A stretch of DNA of 63,231 nucleotides, the filler included, from Stramenopiles sp. TOSAG23-2 (taxonomy: Eukaryota), in the NCBI GenBank assembly GCA_900128395.1. It is 10 parts of 10 records of this genome, joined end to end, with 100 filler letters (N's around TTAATTAATTAA, not from the genome) between each part and the next. Parts side by side here need not be neighbours in the genome. Positions count along the whole stretch, not along the records: positions 15,133 to 22,590 come from LT650316.1; positions 22,691 to 30,138 come from LT650317.1; positions 30,239 to 37,684 come from LT650318.1; 7 more parts are not named here. One strand, given 5' to 3'. The notes below the pieces were generated by a model. That model was not told where the DNA came from. It saw nothing but the letters and a program-made list of their open reading frames with translations, and did no database searches. Of the stretch, positions 21,401-32,021 are shown in pieces (within the stretch, counting starts at the first letter, position 1; each line of letters begins with the position of its first letter). Made by a program: the position numbers and the translations under genes.

Positions 21401-22104
21401 TAACGCCATATGGTTGTATTTCCACAGGTGTTGATATGGGTATGCTGGAAATTGTTACCGAATCTAATACAACGGCAAATATACAAAAAGTTTTGGGCTC
21501 GATGGGGGCATTTAGAAATAAAAGTTTATTAGCATGGTTGAAAAATAAAAATCCAGATGAATTAGATTCTAATGGTAACTTTAAAAAGTCTTCGATTGTT
21601 GTTGACAATTTCATACGGTCGTGTGCTGGTTATTGCGTTGCATCATACGTACTTGGTTTAGGCGATAGACATGCAGATAATATAATGATGAAAGAAAATG
21701 GAAAACTATTTCATATTGATTTTGGACATTTCCTGGGAAACTTCAAAACAAAGTTAGGATTTAAACGCGAACGCACTCCTTTTGTATTTACACCTGAAAT
21801 GGCTGAAGTGATGGGTGGGGAAAAGGATGAAAGATATGAACAGTTTCAACGTCATTGTGGCCAGGGATTCAACATATTGCGTAAAAATGCAAGTTCACTG
21901 ATTATTATGATGAGACTGATGATACCAGCTGGAATGCCAGAATTGCAAAACGAAGCTGATATTGAGTATTTGGTTGATAAACTTTGTTTACATAAAAACG
22001 ATGATGATGCTGCGACATTAATGAAGAAAGAAATAAAAAAATGCCTCTCAGATACATATCGTAGAATTGATAATTTTATTCATAACGTGAAGACTGGGTT
22101 GTAG
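15490..22104 (+). CDS. Class I-like phosphatidylinositol 3-kinase, 2204 aa: poly-His, SH3x3, cNMP-binding x3, RBD-like, SH3, C2, helical, kinase
   Basis: Kinase motifs MNSKQKPLWL, KAGDDLRQD, DRHADN, HIDFG, KTKLGFKRERTPF; helical LQLVQVLKFE; SH3 ALF.Y..W..G.VP.TYV; three FG(E/D).AL....RTA cassettes; single uninterrupted ORF. Confidence 0.95.
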   Translation: MSTKHNQHHHHHHHHHHRRIECAALFSYAGSEESISIACGEIVHSKIDPLNADDGWIYIEKEDETNGFVPATYVEATEDGKWIVGRVLYDYEGVSLGTVCVKREQIILVNITTLEKDWVAIKRPECKGGAKGHIPKTYVKIISKVKKEEDDKVSNVKKIQEHEKTKIYRRRKSTARYSIIKNNINQVLLDTDVIICKALYNFDLGAIDDSYLNDPNEPDLIPLTAGEIVQTTRKEYKKTTESWIFITKWKDNIMKDEGFVPRSYLEQTTVNNSIKTNESPKKEVSTSTPVMKNSNGNPEKNNTDIANDTPDKGDFEKRKSYLLDGLPKRNRSSSKSEPRIVTKQKRPSKSVMDLLSDTEEASNYASRSSRSSLARTSSFSRTSTLLSSRTNSIISSDSLSSRTSSISSSRGRRSRRFSTDDDTAKQERVYRYVNSKRRKSRFAARRTEVKSVILDETTINTANTASLDKWYTPKVGRRVQVIVNRAKRKQASGIIKKVGIENTFKVQFDRECKIDKQIVKEIDNVPRQDIISSSWARFSGNVPPSFLSCMSGGGAGGADRPVRTVRDVPFMSALARSAKEQGKEVSDIDLQGIFQAFSYKRYQPNQIIFKEGSAGEEIYIILTGKISIKTSGKEINTLSSGAWFGEIALFQRSSRTADCISIGHSCLLFLRKNDFRKLEMEYDWLRGAMTALTGQQTIKILGQVDFFANLSSQLIKRLAGLFVYASFDQGKVIVNEGETGEHFFILVHGTCDVSIERHGTSTTIHTLEAVNHFGEIALVEKINRTATVTAASDVTLLVISASKFENFLTLAPATLRQKIRDRIDSTKSGMVRNIPFFKDIQDKLLTNLASMFKLINYEKGSIIFQEGDRGTEFYVIMEGECLVTSMNNGLLATLKAGDFFGDLALLRQSKRTATIKCKTFCRLLVLKASEFTRFLSIAPELKQKINAHVQQISRESVLGSPGYLEQGESGNSLIGVDIDALCGLGDEKADVAFKHSVEWKEAPLIPDVDDGVITEHLPANILNPKRLFINSFVNEEYYKQWEKSHSVEVFNARIFLSPSIFVGASDLDSFEIPCYVSRKVEKVIESISDYLSNKLMHTEVSLPNFQNCGLKVLNRSDYLVERDRTIGHYSCVQETLRTNSTIEFVLIVIPNAQFQDELLGDGEDIKDFVRNSNTTESVNSTTESFASMQKRLKVYTSMVIEDFNGVKFNLSGSKKTYNCLNLNEGSVILTVYPDEAALHEKWCGAIIGGRIGMVPQKCIERLYLTPSEEYNVESYLQHDRINRKRTELYKQSSSFNSTKSNTSAKRRRKSSYHVSTVTESIRNTLDLADDHMMDKGLYIADSHAFDTAITEVENKRNSETLFSTDWIDKVNTGASHVLRQISNHVSGVNIGIATDGEIDGSYAHSNAKTLSIPYRLRLNVLKNMKSLFKQSQISDEFESNRKSLESEGSVCILIEVVDAGLTISSCTYRFSSEELRELDLADDCHIMSPWLYFAHDVKQEGADTTMNTPTRDGSQSTQGIRSNKYLEILNLPLAAKLCFTVKYVSTNNKFEKAQLSWQRGTLLGGATMSIYSFKRLLNCGKQHLVLNLNKLPEKKITVKGKYTKDSIVLEIEFDTFAKHVVRHFPPLLRRFQGRKNTRAKDEWANLTNIPKKVLDGYKKTAELVFNAGPSHNFTADEKSQIWAYRFHLMTEARALPYVLLSVDKTDPKQVDEMYNLLRDWTRPKPVCAMELLDYRFSDYRIRQYAVRMMEELSDNELADCMLQLVQVLKFEPYNRSPLAFFLLRRALHNPQIIGHKLFWFLRSEIGTGADKNERFASLLLPYLRRSKVHVQHLTLQSDMNHYLQNAVLEIMEASKRLGGDRLQDFARKRLDKLVNEKLLNGKSILCLGSEWQTRRLIIEKCKVMNSKQKPLWLVFENGEDTKDAKPMYAMYKAGDDLRQDQITLQLLRFMDRLWMTHKTDDGVPKPLDLRLTPYGCISTGVDMGMLEIVTESNTTANIQKVLGSMGAFRNKSLLAWLKNKNPDELDSNGNFKKSSIVVDNFIRSCAGYCVASYVLGLGDRHADNIMMKENGKLFHIDFGHFLGNFKTKLGFKRERTPFVFTPEMAEVMGGEKDERYEQFQRHCGQGFNILRKNASSLIIMMRLMIPAGMPELQNEADIEYLVDKLCLHKNDDDAATLMKKEIKKCLSDTYRRIDNFIHNVKTGL

Positions 22105-22260
22105 AGAGTGTAAAATATATTATGATAATGACATTATTATTTCTATATCGAATATAGCAGTATGAGTAAATAAAATCTTTAACTTATAAATAAGAGAATT
22201 TTTTATATTAATGACACGCTTAAAATGTAAAACTTCATATCATATCATAATAATAATTGT

Positions 22261-22836
22261 ACTTCCCGTGGTGGAAATACACTATATGATACACTATATT
22301 ATGCTCAATACTCTATAATGTAATTATTAAATTTCAAATATATATATATATATGATTAGTCAATCCAACACTATTAAGAGTGTAAAATATACGAATTCGT
22401 ACAGTTATTGTATTCTTTCTGGAGAGTAGGAATTATCATATATATGAGTAAATTAAAAAATAAGTTATGCATTAATTATAATTATAATACGACGTACTCG
22501 TATAATATTATATCATTATATTGCGATTGAGTATTGAGCATATTACTTTAACACGAGAAGTGTAAAAATATTATAACTTAGATTTTAACCNNNNNNNNNN
22601 NNNNNNNNNNNNNNNNNNNNNNNNNNNNNNNNNNTTAATTAATTAANNNNNNNNNNNNNNNNNNNNNNNNNNNNNNNNNNNNNNNNNNNNAGTGTAAAAA
22701 TTATTATAACTTACGTACGTAGATTTTAACCATCGATATATAATATAATTGATGGTTAAAATCTAAGTTATTATAATATGATATCATAAATATTGATACG
22801 GGAAGTAAAATTATTTTATAACTTTAGATTTTAACC
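22261..22836. repeat. AT-rich dispersed repeat family with TAGATTTTAACC core and inverted arms, at the edges of two contigs (span includes a spacer)
   Basis: Core at 22579, 22720, 22754 (rc) and 22825; inverted pairs 22300-22313/22529-22542 and 22720-22734/22751-22765; another copy at 31967-31978 (rc). Confidence 0.8.
22591..22690. other. Artificial contig spacer
   Basis: N44-TTAATTAATTAA-N44. Confidence 0.99.
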
Positions 22837-22926
22837 ATACGTATCATTTTTATATAAAAATAAAATAACTATACTGATGTCTTTTTATCACCAATTCATC
22901 AAAACCTTCACGAGTCCACATTAGCA

Positions 22927-25900
22927 TTATCTATTATTACGCATTGGTGCCATTTCCACCGCAGCACTATCGTCTCTCAATCGTGTCGGTGTAAATTGCT
23001 TTTTTTTATTTGCCTTATTTTTTCTTTTGTTTCCAAATGGGTTTTTAACAAATCCACTTGCTTGACCTGCGTTCTTCTTTGCATTACGTAATCTTTCCAT
23101 TAACATTTGATTTTGTTGTTGTTGTTGTTCAATTTGTTTATCACGCGATGCAACTGCTTTATCGGCGTTTTCTTTATGCTTTTGCAATTTCACTGCATCA
23201 CCTGCCATTAAAGGATTGTTGTGAAACGATAAATCTGTTTTTGAATGCATAGAGGTACCATAACGAGCTAATCTACTTTGTTTTAGTTTACCAGCAAGCT
23301 TTTGCGCCCAATCAGGTATTTTACCATATAATTCACTGAAAAATACTACAAAATAATATACCAAACTACTGATTACAATGATAATGATAATGTAGGTAAT
23401 CATTTCTCGTTGCCATGCAAATGCATTTGTTTTGTCGTTAATGAATCGATCGGATTCAAACATAACACCCGCTAGTGCAACTAAAATTGCACAAGCCAAC
23501 AATACTTGTTCCACTGTATTGTAATCCCAAAAGTAAACATGTTGTTTTCTTTCTTTCTGTTTGAGCGACTGCTGCTGCTTCTTCTCGCCCAATTTAATAC
23601 CTTTTTTGCGTACTTTGTTTCGTTTCTCTTTCATTTTCTTAAATTCTCTAGCTTTCTTTATCTTTCCTGCTATTAATATATGATCTTTATCGCCCATTTC
23701 AACTTTTTCCGCATGATCTGCTAGTGCATGATCACGCGCTACGGTCGACATGTATGGTTTATGTTTCACTTGCATGACATATGCAATAAATAAAATTAAA
23801 AGAACAAATGCTAATTGGAAACCTGGATTTGCTCGAAATGTCAATGCAGCAGCTGCAATAGCACCTTTACGCAAAATAATATATGTAATCCAATACGTTT
23901 TACCAGGCAAAAAATGATAATACATTTTATGATAAGCTAAACGTGTTTGAAATGCTTCTGCATTTGCTGAAGATTCTAACGTATCCCCAACATCAGCTGC
24001 ACGTAGCAATTGGTCCATTTTAATTGACCACTTTTTTGAGCGTAATAATATGAACATGGTGAGTGGAAATCCAATTGTCATTACAATAATAGTTACTGCA
24101 GCTGGAACTTTCAATCCAACTTGAATATGCCTTGGATCATCGCATCGACATGGACCACTATCGCATTCAAAGGAAGTAAATGATGTATATAAATATCCAT
24201 CGTGAGCATCCCCTGGTAATGGATTACAATTAAATATATCAAATGCTTTTCGTGTCACCGTTACATATAAAAAGTACAACATCATTAAAAAAGGTGCAGT
24301 AAATAACCTTGCTGTAAGTGTCTTATCTCGATTGCTCCACTTAATACCTTTCCAACATAACATATGGCATGTTGACAATAGTAAAACTATGATTAATGCA
24401 ATTCCACAAGCAATTGGAGATAAAATAGTCATCCAAAATTTCAATTGATATGGAAAGTTTGGTACTAAACACTCTGGTGCTACTATATCAATATCAAAAC
24501 TGAACAAACTGAAAAATCTATACAGCGACTTCAATGCAGCTGGCCAACGTACATCAGCATCAGTAAACATAGACAATACTTGGAAATAATCCCAACCGAT
24601 ATTAACAAATGCTAGATTAAATTTACGTTTATCTAATTCATATAGACCAATTATTGCAAATATAATCCCTATAACAAATAAAGCAATAATTAATCCTGGA
24701 CTTTGTGGACATTCCTCGCATTTATTGTCTATACGATAATGTGTCCCAGACGTACATAATGAACAACGATAGCCAGCAGAGCATTCACATACACCATATG
24801 TTTTTCCAGTGGTTGAATTGACACGAGGTACACAGTATGAACAATCTTCTGGGTTATCACGGCCACATTCACTTCTTGCCATAACAGATTGAAGATTTGA
24901 TATCACATCAGCCTGGCGTCCTTTTAATGTACCACATGCATCCGTTAACAATGATGATTTAGCAGCATCCCGAATACAAGATTTCAAGCACGATAATCCA
25001 GTATAAACCTTTTCCCATTGAGGACCACATTGACAAACATCCTTAATAGCCTTTACACAAGTTTCTCCCCCTGATCGAGATCGACATTGCAAATCAACTT
25101 CACATGATAGCAATGGTGATAATTCTGGATTATCCCCTGAATCCGATCGTACTTTACTATCATATGTTTTACAATTCAATTCTTCATGTAAATATTCTTT
25201 TTCACAACGGTTTTTACCAAGACATGCTTCTTGTGGAATACAAGAAACAAAATCAAAACATTTTTCTCGTTGTTTTGCATTTGGATGGCTTGCTTTGATG
25301 GCATCTGTCAATAAACGCTCAGGTGGGCAACGAGTTGATGCTCGTAAAATATCATCACCTGCTTTTTGAGACATAATATCATCGACATCATCTAATGGAG
25401 TGACTGCTGTAATATCTAAATTTTCTCGCCAATATCCGGTAGTTGAATTTGGTTCTAACATTGTATTTGGTTTACATGTTGCACCCACTTTACAAATTGT
25501 GCATACCTCACCTGGACGACCCCAATAAATATCAGTCCTTCCATCATCATTCGTCTCCCCCATTTTACAAATACTATATGCAATGGAGTTATGGACAGAT
25601 TTCAACGCAACTACGGTTTCACTTGTTTGTAAAGCTACAGTTACAGAAATATTTTTTGTGCCAACAACCGTGCTAGGTGCTTTGCAACTAACATATGGCA
25701 ATCCGTCTTCTTCATGTGCTTTATGCCATTTGCTATCACTACATACTCTATTATGAAGTAAAACACTTGCAGGCGATTCAACACCTCCAAAGTCACTTCC
25801 ACGAACAACAATATCTTCACCTCTTGCATCATATGGTTTTGGTTGACTAGATGTAATTTTTGGACGATAAAAATTGTATTTCAATGAGCTATTTAGTACT

Positions 25901-28900
25901 TCGTTCCCAAAAACGCTTAACACAATTGACAAATTTTTACCAAATCCTACAGGGCTGCAAACATTAACCTCATTGTGACTAAATGTTTTTCGTGTTTCGC
26001 ATGTACAATACTCTTGACGACTTTGAGGATCAGCACAATTCAAGCTGCTTGTTGTTGGAAGGTTTACACCATCAAATGCAACAAATGGGCCTGTGCGTTT
26101 CCTCAACTCGCCACTTGATGCCTCTGCTGGTTTTGAGCATTTCACACCACTCCAAAAGCATATACTATTATCAATTAAATCGCATCCAACTTTGGTTTTG
26201 AAATCGCTACACTCTCCCATCCATACTTGAACATGATTACTGCTTGGTCCAAAATTGTCGCCTTTGATCTTCATCATATTCCATTCCTCACATCTTCTTG
26301 CATATTTTTGAGGATTTAAACGCTTTTCATCAGGTGAAACATCATCAATTCGCACTCGCCATGCTTGTAAATCTTCCCATTGGTCCGCTCCACATCCGTC
26401 AGTAGGCCCATCTAATGTCAATACTTCCGTAATGATAGGATTTAAATAACTAAACGGCATAGAATTTGTACTTTTACTACCACCAACAACAATACTTATC
26501 TCTAACTTTTGTCCAAATCCTTCTGGAATATGAAATGATAAATGTGTATGATTTTTTTCCCAACCAGATGCACTATGGTTCAATTTAGCAATACGACCAT
26601 TTTTACAATTTTCTGATGGTCCGTTACCATCAACATTATTACAATCTATTACTAGATGTGTAATTGATTTACTATCCGGTGGACCGAAATTTGTACCTTC
26701 TATTGTTACAAGTATTTTTTCGTTGTTTTCCAGTGCTGATGTTGGACTTCTTGAACGAGATATTTTAGATATTGTAGGCTCGCCGTAACTAAATACATTG
26801 TCTTTACGTTGTGTTACACGTCCAGCAATGTTGGCTTGCATCGTCAAGCCTTTTCCTTCACCTTCTAGCGTGTTACAATACATCACAGTATGTGCAACTG
26901 TTGCTAGTTCAATTGGGCAAGCGTATTCGTAATAACCAGGTAAACCGGAAAACAACTTGGCTGTTTGTCCACCTTGACACAAGGTATTAGACGAACAACC
27001 ACTAGCAGTGCACACTTGAGTTTTAGGGCATCCAAAATTTGTTCCAACAACCTTTAGACGTGTGCCACCTACAGTTGGACCAATTGGAGGATTTGAACTT
27101 CCTGGCAGTTCCACTCTAGAAATTGTAGGTGCATTGTATGATAATATAATATCGTCACTTCCAGTTCGTTGTTTTCCCACTTCAAGATTTAAATAAACCT
27201 GGGTGCCGGTGCCATTTTGACCTTCAGGTAATTCGAATTCAATGGTATCATGAGTCCATGATGATACCTTTCCAGCTTTAACAAGATCAACAGCACATAC
27301 TTGTCCACTTGGCTTGCATTTGTTTTCACTTTCACAAAAAATATTTCCAGTAGTACATACCGTGCTTTGTGTACTAGATAGTAATTTCCTACGTCTTTGT
27401 ATAGCAGAAAGAAGCCGTCTATTGCCATTTCCGTTGCTAGATGATACCAAACCAAACACTAACTTTCCTAGATATTTATCACCTAAATTTGTTCCAGTAA
27501 TTCGAATTAACTTGTTAAAACCATTTGTTGCAATTTGCGTCAACTCTTGATTACTTGATTTTACAAAGATTTTGTTGTTTGTAATAGTAGGAGGATCAAA
27601 ATGCAAAAATAATCGAACTTTTCCACTAGATGGTTGATCACCTTTCCAAAGAAGCAATTCTTGATTTCTACCAGCCCCTGTTGGTAATTGAAAAGCGACC
27701 GTTATAATTTCTGAACCAGGTCCAAATTTACGTACCGTATGTGTAACATTTGCCATTCGTCCGCCACTAGGGTTACTTGGATCGCAAAAATCATTATAAT
27801 CACAAGTTGCAGATGTTCTCACAGGACAATCTCCAACAGTCACACAGAGTTTATGCGCAAGCGAGTCAAGCTCAGTCCCAGCTATCCATAGTAGATCATC
27901 ATATGGTTGTGTCGTAAATCCAGTCATTTGATCAAGCGCTGTTTTGTTTTCAGAACTCAACACAGGGGCTAGCTCGGCAAATTCTTTTTCATTTGTCCAT
28001 CGCGCTTTGCTTCCATCTCCAACTTTTACTTTTACTTTTCCGCCTTTAGCTGTAATATGAGCGACAATTTCTGTATGAGTATGAGAAATTGAAGGTGTTG
28101 ATACATTATTTACAAATAATGTACCGCATGCACTATTAGCACAAAAATTTGTACCTGTAACCGTAATTTTACGTTCACCAGGATATGCACCAGCAAAATC
28201 TTCCACTCTTATTGTACTTATTGTTGGAGGATCATAATCAAACGTTAACGCATTAGTAGATACTACTACTTCTTTGTCCGGCGATGTTAACCTTACCGCA
28301 ATTGAGTGTCCCGCATTGAATCCATCTCCAATGTTAAACTCCAATGAAGCATTTCCACCATTAGTCGTTGGTGGTACACGCGTTATAGCTCTATTATCAT
28401 TAGGAATGGCTACACCATCCAACAATACCTCTACATTGTTTATGGTTCCATCTTTAGCGTATGAACCTAAGTTTTTCCCGATTAGTTCAACACCATTGAT
28501 ACCTGATGTTGGAGCATTTTTTGGTTTTAACTCATACAAAAATGGTTCTTCATATGAGGTCATAGCTGTTGCTGCACTACTTTTTGCCGATTGCTGGCTT
28601 CTTACTGTAACATACCAAAAGTGTGGTCCACCAATACCAGGACTTGATTTACATTTGATTTGTGTAGAATGAACAGTAATTTGACAATCCAACCCATCAT
28701 AATATTGACCAGCTTGACCATACGTTACTTTGACTGTATATTTCAATGGACCAAAATTAATTCCAGTTATTACAATTTCTTCACCACCTTGTTGTTTCAT
28801 AACTTGGTTATTATTTGAGCTTTTAACGCTGTCAATACGTGGGGGTCCGTATGCAGTTGTAGGATATACACTTTGCTGTTTTCCAATTATCAAAACCCAT

Positions 28901-30138
28901 TTCAATTTTTTACCAGCACCAGGTACCATTTTACAACGAATTTTCTCGTGTTTTGTTTGCATAGTACAATCACTAACATTAACATCATACTCCAATCCTT
29001 TTCCTTCCCCGTACGTAATTTTATTGACTCCGTCCATATTTGGTCCGTAATTTTTCCCAAGTATTTCTACAAATTGTCCTCCTTGTGTTATGAACTGTTG
29101 AATATTTACATTAACCTCTCCATAATCTCTAACAACTGGTGGAGAATAGCTTGTATTTGCTCTGTAAAGATTCGAATCCTGTCCACCAACATTGACTTTC
29201 CAAGCATGATCTTTACCAACACCTTCGTCAGTTTTACATTCCATAAATTTATCAGAGTGTACAATACAGCATTGTCCATTATAAATTGGGTTTGATGGAA
29301 TTCCATATTTTATTTGTAAATTTGCATATCCCTTAGCGTTCTGCTCGTCGGGAGAAGAACTAGGTGGAGTCATAATGGTACAAGGCGAGGCGCGAACATT
29401 TGTAAATGATGGGCCAAAATGCTCGCCGTAAATGAAAATTCCAACATTACCTGTGGTTGGAGATGCAATTGCGCCTGGACCTGATACACTTGTTATAATT
29501 GGTAACTTATAATTTAATTGCACCGCATTTGCATTCGTCCATACTCCAATCAAGCCATTGACAACTGCACGCAAAATATGTCCAGTCCCAACACCAGGTG
29601 CAGATTCGCAGAAAAGCCTTGTATGATTACTTACAGAGCAACCAACTTCGTATTTTACTGTCTGATCAGAGTTTTTTAAACCGTATTGCAATTTAACTGG
29701 CCAAAGTACGAACCAACAATTTCCAAATTTTGACCACCCGCACCATTTAGTTTTGGAGATGTGCCACTGACAAGTGCATTTTCAATATAAACGTCTGAAA
29801 TAGTGGATTTTTTATAACTTGATACATTTAACACTGGATTCACTGGAAATTGAGCGGATGTTTGTGATCCAACAGTTACTGCCCATTGTAACTCTGTACC
29901 AGATCCCTCTGCTGACTTGCATGATATGCGTGTGTGTGTCGTTGGTGTGCAACCTACTGCATTATACATTTGTCCATTATTATTCGCGTATTGTACAGTA
30001 ACAACATGATTTGAACCCACACCATCTCCAAAATTTGCACCATCGATATAAATTTGTGTTGGTGTTCCTGTTGCCATACTATTAAAACCTGGCACATTTG
30101 TAATAATTGGTGCTTTATATGAAAGCGGATCTGAGGAT
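22927..30138 (-). CDS. Giant IPT/TIG-repeat, Cys-rich, multi-pass (~9 TM) cell-surface protein; 5' truncated; apparent frameshift near 29700
   Basis: Many P.I..V....GG..I.I.G.NFG repeats; Cys-rich stalk; YFQVLS..WP and YW..I.LRK..KPY membrane module; ORF 29676-30095 has the same repeats and is open to the contig end. Confidence 0.88.
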
Positions 30139-30238
30139 NNNNNNNNNNNNNNNNNNNNNNNNNNNNNNNNNNNNNNNNNNNNTTAATTAATTAANNNNNN
30201 NNNNNNNNNNNNNNNNNNNNNNNNNNNNNNNNNNNNNN
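30139..30238. other. Artificial contig spacer
   Basis: N44-TTAATTAATTAA-N44. Confidence 0.99.
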
Positions 30239-30436
30239 CCAAAAGACCCATACTGGCCATGTATTATCTACTCACCAGCAATCGCACCGCCAAAGAATTT
30301 AGCATATAAAAAGTGGATGGGTATGTCAGAGGTAAAGCAAAGTAATAATTACATTGTTTATTGGTTTGGATACAACATGCAATTTTCATGTATATCCAAA
30401 AATAAGATAATATCTTTTAAAGAAAATGAAGACGAA

Positions 30437-31900
30437 ATGGTTAAAACGAAAGGAGGGAAAAAAAAGCTAAGTGCAAAAATGCAAGAATTGTTTGATGCAA
30501 GCATAGTTGAAGCGAAAACTGAATTAGAGAAACCAAAAGCAGCAAGAATGCAAGATAAACACTTGTCGATGCTTAAAGAGAAGAAGAAAAATAGACGTCG
30601 CAGGTTACCTGCCATTGAAACGTTAATCAATCGTCGAATAGCATTAGCTGATGAGGATGGAGATAAATTTCCAGGAAAAATTATCGAAGTGAAGACTGGA
30701 ACATCAAAAGAAGGCGTTGAAAAAGTAGTGTTGGTACGCGTTCAATACGACGATGGGGAAACGGATACGGATCTTGATTTAGCCGTAGAAGACTTTGAAT
30801 GGTTGAAAGAGGTAAAGAAGAAAAAAGTAAAAGTTGATGTAAAAGAGCCATCGTCTAGTGAAGAGGAAGAATCTTCAAGTGAAGAAGAAGAATCATCATC
30901 ATCAAGTGAAGAGGAATCTTCTAGTGACGATTATTCTAGTGAGGATGATAGCGATAGTTCAGAGGAGGATGTACCAAAGAAGCGAAGAGGTAGAAAACCG
31001 AAGAAAAAAGTAGTTAAGGTGTACGTGAATCTTGAAGAGAAAGGTGTAAAGAAAAAGCGAGCCTTTGAAAAGGTAAAAGCTTTTTTCGAAGAAGAGTTTG
31101 CGGGAGAACATCCATCATATGCCTACGAAGTGCCACAAAGGAAACCAGCGGCAAAGAAAAAGAAGAGGAAACCAAAAAAGAAAAAGAAAAGGAAAAAAGT
31201 TAAAGCCAAGTATAAGGGTATGTCAAAAGAAGAAAGACGAGCTGCAAGAAAGAAACATAATGAAGTTAAAGAACGCCGTCGAAGAGAACGTAAAAAACAT
31301 CAAGAAGAGGTTGAAGAGCAAAAATTAAAGGAAGAACGTGTAAACAATCCATCTGTGAAAAGAGTAAAAACCTTAGAAGCGGAGTCTGATGATGAGGATG
31401 AAGATTCGTTTGCAGATGATGAAGATGAGGAAGAGAGAAAACCAAAGAAGCGAAGTCGCCAGCAAATGGATGATGAATCTGAATGGGACCCGACGTCTGA
31501 AAGTAATGGAGGAGGAACACGAAAGCGAACTAGTAGGGCACGTGGAAGTTCATCCGCTAAGAAACGTGCAAGAGTTGATGATGACGGTGGTAGTAGTCAT
31601 AAAAAGTCGAAGAAAGATAAAAAAAAGAAAAAAGAGAAAAAAGACAAAGGATCCAATAGTTCAAATACGCTTGTACAATATAATGCAATACTGAAGGGAA
31701 TATTAGATGCAGCTGTGTTGGATAAGAAACAATTAAAAAAAGGATTGAAAAAATTAGCCCAAGTGGAAATATCTACTTATAGTGCTTTGCAAAAATCTGG
31801 TTTAGTAGAAACTATGTTGAGGATAAAAAAACATGGTGATAAAGATGTAAAAACCTGGGGGAAGGGTATAATTAATATGTGGAAAGCAAAATTTAAATAA
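30437..31900 (+). CDS. Nuclear protein with Tudor-like domain, acidic/basic low-complexity region and C-terminal TFIIS N-terminal-like domain
   Basis: FPGKIIE...VRVQYDDGETD (Tudor-like); LKKLAQVEIS...LQKSGL...RIKKH.DKDVK....II.MWK (TND); ATG 30437 preferred over 30317. Confidence 0.75.
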   Translation: MVKTKGGKKKLSAKMQELFDASIVEAKTELEKPKAARMQDKHLSMLKEKKKNRRRRLPAIETLINRRIALADEDGDKFPGKIIEVKTGTSKEGVEKVVLVRVQYDDGETDTDLDLAVEDFEWLKEVKKKKVKVDVKEPSSSEEEESSSEEEESSSSSEEESSSDDYSSEDDSDSSEEDVPKKRRGRKPKKKVVKVYVNLEEKGVKKKRAFEKVKAFFEEEFAGEHPSYAYEVPQRKPAAKKKKRKPKKKKKRKKVKAKYKGMSKEERRAARKKHNEVKERRRRERKKHQEEVEEQKLKEERVNNPSVKRVKTLEAESDDEDEDSFADDEDEEERKPKKRSRQQMDDESEWDPTSESNGGGTRKRTSRARGSSSAKKRARVDDDGGSSHKKSKKDKKKKKEKKDKGSNSSNTLVQYNAILKGILDAAVLDKKQLKKGLKKLAQVEISTYSALQKSGLVETMLRIKKHGDKDVKTWGKGIINMWKAKFK

Positions 31901-32021
31901 ATCATATAATCATAATTCGCGAACACGGTACGAAATATGATACGAAACGTCGTATATATAATGAAGGGTTAAAATCTACGAAGTAAGTCAGTATTTTAAT
32001 ATTATTTTTTAAATTTATAAT

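Noticed and set aside
22104-22927. PI3K and TIG receptor as a linked signalling pair
   Set aside because: They are on different contigs; the shared edge sequence is a dispersed repeat, so adjacency is unsupported
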